Positions 58,914 to 64,000 of a stretch of 64,000 nucleotides of DNA are shown here, piece after piece (positions within the stretch are counted from its first letter, which is position 1; each line of letters opens with the position of its first letter). Origin of the DNA: Eutreptiella sp. 'Long Island Sound 2002' (Eukaryota; Protista; Euglenida); contig OZ038379.1 in assembly GCA_964036045.1 (NCBI GenBank), positions 20,150,001 to 20,214,000 of the forward strand, written 5' to 3'. Under the pieces are notes generated by a model. The model was given only the letters and a program-made list of their open reading frames with translations. It was not told where the DNA came from and ran no database searches. The translations under genes were made by a program, and so were the position numbers.

Positions 58914-61269
58914 GATTGAGCCCCAGGGAGTATATATTTTGAACTCAGGGTGTACTTTATTTGAACTCAGAGCAGATTCAGATCAATCATCATCATTCAT
59001 CATCATCATCATGCATCATGCATCATGTGTCATGTGTCATGCATCATGTGTCATGACATGCTGGCGCCGTAGCATGTGTTTTTCACATTCCAACCCAAAA
59101 CTTCACTTTCGCTCAGAACTAACACAACCACAACCCCACTCTTATGGGCTCCTAAGAAGGTTATACTATTCATTTTTCATAACTCTTTGAATTTGGATGA
59201 TCACATTTTTGACATCATGGATTGTCATGCATGTCATGCATGATCGACTCATTTTGTGAGTGATACCACACATACTACCTTCGAAGGAGTGTAAGGTCCC
59301 TAAGGGACCTCTATTTACTCTACAACCCTTTTCCATGGTTGTCCCTACTTCTACATGTATTTTAATGCCTATTTGGTGGGTCCCAAGCATGTTTCATGTA
59401 TTGGGGGATCCCAAGAGTATACCTAGGCCTAAGCCAAGCCCCAAACACAAGAGGAGAGAAGAGAGATAGATAGAGAAAAGTTTATAGTGGTTTCAGCACT
59501 GTGTTTTGCCTCTCCTGCTGCTTGCTGTTGGTGTAGGGTTTCCTGCTGCTTGTTTTTGGAGATGAAAAGCTTTTGTTTTGATGAAATCCAGTCAATCCAG
59601 GATAGCCGAAGCCAATAGTATGCAAGGAGAAGAGAATCAGGATCAAAGCATGAAGGGCTGCAGTGTAAACAGTGAAAGATGATTGGATATTCACAGAAAC
59701 TGCAACTCAGGTCAAATCGGAATGCATATTCACAAAGATAGCTCAATTGTTTTGGAAAAGAGTTGGAAAACTGCCCCATGGTCACTCTATCTCCATAGTG
59801 CCATCTCAGGAGATGTACACTCTTTGTTTTGGGTCCCATATGTGCTGAGGTGGCAGGGCATGTGGCGATGAGGTCACTGCCATGTCACATGGGATCTTCC
59901 TACTTAGCTAGGCTGACCAGGAATTGAACCCAGGACCTCTCAAAAAGAGGTGCCCAGCCCCCTAGGGTGCATACCACTAGGATAGCTAAGAATTCATGGA
60001 AAAACATAGATAAATTCATAGGCTCTACCTTGGATATGTCAGTTCTCAGTCCACTCAGGAAAAGATGATCTGCCTCACATTGAAAGGGGATTAAGGGGTC
60101 CACTCCATATCCTGATTGGGTGTTTGGTTCCATAGGTCAAAATGTGTTGTCACCAGTTTTGGTGGGACCAATACTAAGATAGAAATGCATGGATGCTCAG
60201 TGCATCTCTAATACAACTAGAGTATGCCTCAAAGCAATGGAAAAGCACTTTTTCTTACTCCCCCCTTGTGCTGTGGTGGCCACCACTGTCGCATTTTAGG
60301 AAAAAGGGAATTTTTCTTGGCCTTTCCTTGGTTTCCACATCTACTTTTAAATACCTATAGTTTCCCTCACACAGAAAAATGGGCGCTCACCATGGCTGGC
60401 GCTCTTTTGCTGCTCTGTTTGTAACATTTCCTACAGAAGACTCAGCGCTCATGGCGCTGCCGGGGCTCCTGTGGCTTGGTTGGGTTAGTTTGGGAGCATG
60501 CCAGAACATGTGCATGTGCATCCCTCCCTCCAAGATGCAGCGCGACACAAACCCAACGCAAGACACAATATACATACTCGCATGGGTTCTCGTAAACCTG
60601 CTGGCGACTTGTGACCTGTCTTAGGGCGAAGGGAGTCGTAAAAAAAAATTAAATTGCCCCTTGGTGGGGTTTTGGGTTCTGCTCAGTCTCTCCAGGCTGC
60701 TGCGTTTCGGCCAGAACACGGCCTACTCAGCGAGGCTGCGCGTGGGTATCTGCAGAGGCAGGAATGGGAGAATTATGGACGAATCCACGCAAAAACGAAG
60801 CGACGACACCAAAATACGTCGAATGACGGCCTAGAATTTTTCTGAAACAACACACCTGAGCAGAATCCAATTGTGCATCAGAAGCACATTTGTATAAAAA
60901 TTATAGTCATCTCTGAATTTTTTAAATCCAGAAATTCATACGCATAAAAAGGCGGCGCGCAGGAGCGGCTCCTAGCGAAGCGCCGGAAAATGAAGAAATA
61001 ATGGAATTATAAACGTATGTCTCACGTAGTCTTGAAAATGACGAGACACACATTGATAAATAAACATACAGATTCCACCCACACTAATAGAAGTATCGAA
61101 AATTCAAGAATTCGAAAATCAACGAAAAAGACTTCAATGAATCAGGTATAAACTACAGGTATGCTCGTCTCGTATGCCGCATACACATTGCTCGTCTCGT
61201 GTCTCCGTGAACGAGTCTTGTAGCGGCGCTAACAATGATAGGACGCGATAGAAAGATTGCAGATGATTA

Positions 61270-62246
61270 GAGGTCAGATCAGGGTGATTAGACATACACA
61301 CAAATGCATAGCAACGTTCTTCGCGTGCGCCCCTTTTCTCCTCTCACCTTGCTTCACTCTCCAGCGGTAGGTAAGGTAGGTACGCCCAGGTGGGGCCACC
61401 CCCTGGTGGAGTCCGTGATTGCGGTGAAGATGGGCAGGTTTGCCCAACGCACTTGCGCATGCTCGCGCATTCACACACGCATTAAAGGGTAGGCCACGCG
61501 AAGTGCGCACGGTAAACCTTGTTTAGGCTACCCAGGGGCTCCTCGGTACGTTCTTTAAGAGAACCTGAGGAGTCCCTTAACGCTTGCTTGCTTGACAGGG
61601 GTAGCTGATTCTTCAGCGTGTTTGCGGACAGTGTATTATAGGTCACTCTGAGAAGCGTATAATACGTGGAGAGTGGCTTGGTTCCTCCGCCGCAAACGCC
61701 CCTTCATTTGCCTTTGCTTTACAGGTGGGCAGGTAGGGTGATTGGTGCAGCAGCATACCATTTTTTTCATGCCCTGCTAAACAAGGGCGCAGATCACACA
61801 AACAAGTAACTCCCCTCTGCCTGTGGCAGAGCAGGGAGTCCGACTCCATCGACATCTGCGCCGTGCACGCAAGAGCACCTCTTCCCTCCAAGCCCTAGCA
61901 GGGTGAACGCGTTGTGGCGTCCCCTGTTAGGCCACAGTTGCTTAGCAGCGCTGTGTTCTCTTGTCATTTCACAGGAGGGTCGCTAGGACCCACGACATGT
62001 TCTTCAACAACACCAAGTAGAGTGTGCGTGTAGGAGTGGTAGTCCTGAGTGGGGGCTTGAGCCAGTTGCGCAGTGCTCGCCCACCAGGATGGTGCCACTG
62101 TAGGGTGTGTAGGACCTGTAGTGCGTGTGTCACTGTCCCACCCGTTTCCTGCAATTTTAGCAGGGTTGGTGGGCTGTGGCAGTGGTTAGGTCAGTGTTTT
62201 GGCCATTTAGCAAAACGGCGTTTTCATGCCTTCATAGCTTTTGGCC
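61270..62246 (-). repeat. Putative 3' LTR of the Gypsy element
   Basis: A purine tract AGGGAGGGG directly followed by TG on the minus strand at 62255-62245 is PPT-like. The distal end cannot be fixed because the 5' LTR is outside the window. Confidence 0.3.
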
Positions 62247-62513
62247 ACCCCTCCCTGTAGTAGACAGATAGGTAGGGAAAACAATATCTGGATTAGTACG
62301 CTGGGTATTCCCCAAAGGTTTTGCGCCAGCACAGAAATTGGGCGCATAGGGGAGGGGAGACCCGGGGCGTACCCCGTGGCATCAATAAGCCAACCCTCCA
62401 GTTTTAGCAAGCGTGCAGACTTGGGTATAATTAGGACACCACTTCTGCGGCTTGCCTTCAGGACCTTAGGAATAGCACACTCACACATACGCTTTGGCAG
62501 GTAAGGGTAAGGT

Positions 62514-64000
62514 TCAGTCCCTAGCTTTAGTCTTGGAGGCAAGCGTCTCAGCGAGCCTCAGCAACTCACCAAGGTTGTTCTGGGACAAGTAGTCAACCAG
62601 AACTGAGTTTAGGCGTCCCTCAGGTAGAACAAATGCAGAGAAGGGCTCCCAGGTGGCCTCTTCGACTCCAAACCCTTCCCAGAGGGTGAGGAAGCGCCAA
62701 CCCTGGCGATAGCGGTGGCGTAGGACAGACTTCACCAGGTAGAAGCCCTCCTTAGCCATCTCCTCGGCGTTCATGTCGGGGAGTTCACCTTCAACTTCCA
62801 TAGGGCTGGCAGCCCCTTGTAGGTCCAGAGCGGCGATTTCCTCGTCGTTCAGCTCCCACTCCTCCCCACAGAGGTCTTCAGGATCATAGTAGCGCTTCAG
62901 GTGTTGAGCAGCGCACACCAGGGTCCCCCCTAGACGGGGAGAACACCGCACAGTGATGCGGTGTCCATCCACTGATAGAATCTTGTACGGCCCGAAGTAT
63001 GGGTCATCGCTGGTAGAGCGTGGCCAGGCGGGTAGTCGACTGTGGTGCACCAGCACCCAGTCCCCCTCTTGGTAGGTGGCCGGTACTCGGTGCTTGTTCT
63101 TCTTGTTCCACTGACGCTCCCTCACTCTCTGGAGCATAGCCTTGGCCTTGTCCACCTTCGCTTGTTGCTCTTGGACCCATTCACCCACAGAAGAATGGGT
63201 GTCCTCTGGATAGGGGGCATGTAGGAACCATGCCGGGCGCCCGAGGAATAGCTCATGGGGCGAGTAGCCAGTAGCTGAACTCTCTTGGGAGTTCATCATC
63301 AAGGATATGAAGGGGAGTAGTCTCACCCAGTCTCTGGTGCGTTCAGTTTTGCACCATATCCGTACGTTGTCCTTCAGGACACGGATGTGTCGCTCACATA
63401 GGGGGTTGCTCGTGTGAGAGTAGGGAATCCCCGTAGACACCTGGACATTGAGGGATCTCAGGACCCTCTTGTACCAGCCAGTATCTGAGCGTACTCGTAC
63501 GTCCTCATCGGAGTTGATCTCCTTGGGCGCCCCATAGACACAAAACCACTCCTTGATAGTTTCCTCCCCGGTAATATGCTTGGTACATGGGAACACCCTG
63601 GTAAACCTGGTCAACCCACAGGTTACCACGAGGGCGAAGTCATAGCCCCTGAACTTCGGCATCTCCGTGTAGTCCACGTATAGAACACTGTTAGCACAGT
63701 GAGGGATGGGCAGGGTCGAGTAGAGACCTCTGTCCCTGATATCCCCAGGTTTACAGGACCGGCACGGGCACTTGTCCATGATAGGCTGGAGGGTTTTCCG
63801 CAGTTGGTCGTCAGTCCACGTAGTGTGGAACCACTGCTTGAACAGCCTCAGGGTACGGTCAGCACCCACATGACCACTGGACTCATGGGTCCACTTCAGC
63901 AGCGCTGGGACTCGGTCACTAGGCACCACGATGCGGTCCTCGTGCCAGAGGTAGCTCTTGTCCCTCTTCCACTGGTCTTGGTTGACCAGGAGGGGTTCAA
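62514..64000 (-). mobile_element. Young Ty3/Gypsy (chromovirus-like) pol: integrase + chromodomain, frame open to the window edge
   Basis: HHCC zinc finger (THESSGHVG..CPCRSC), DDE core (YVDY, NSDED, LCER), GPY/F motif (YFGPYKI) and chromodomain (FYLVKSVLRHRY..FLTLWEGFGVEEATWEP). No stops from 64000 to 62514. Confidence 0.95.

Noticed and set aside
59160-61260. Protein-like minus-strand frames (e.g. 59429-60133) and AT-rich tract
   Set aside because: Probably further TE remnants, but no diagnostic motif or terminal structure could be identified.

Overview
Eukaryotic, repeat-rich genomic DNA. There are no rRNA, tRNA, CRISPR or operon-like features. GT-AG introns with a GTRYG donor consensus, (CA)n and poly-G tracts and a VIPER/TATE-type retroelement suggest a euglenozoan, probably euglenid, host (inference only). 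Two host genes are supported. The first is an intronless F-box + TPR gene (12393-13940, -). The second is a large multi-exon gene (about 36.8-57.6 kb, -) encoding two tandem CEP104-like TOG domains, with most exons joinable in phase by hand. The rest is a patchwork of mobile-element remnants: LINE RT and RNase H fragments, an old and a young chromodomain Ty3/Gypsy, a 5.2-kb gag?-YR-RT-RNaseH tyrosine-recombinase retroelement bounded by 150-bp direct repeats, a decayed ubiquitin-domain ORF between two 555-bp near-identical repeats, Harbinger, adenine-MTase and hAT fragments, a non-autonomous hAT with an 8-bp TSD, a foldback MITE inside a Crypton-like fragment, and a long hairpin. The most striking cross-cutting signal is that decayed elements are enriched in CTAG and in-frame TAG stops at positions where Gln or Trp is expected, while CpG is retained. 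This suggests repeat-targeted CWG C-to-T hypermutation. All coordinates, translations and counts were made by eye and may be off by a few bases; no database searches were run.
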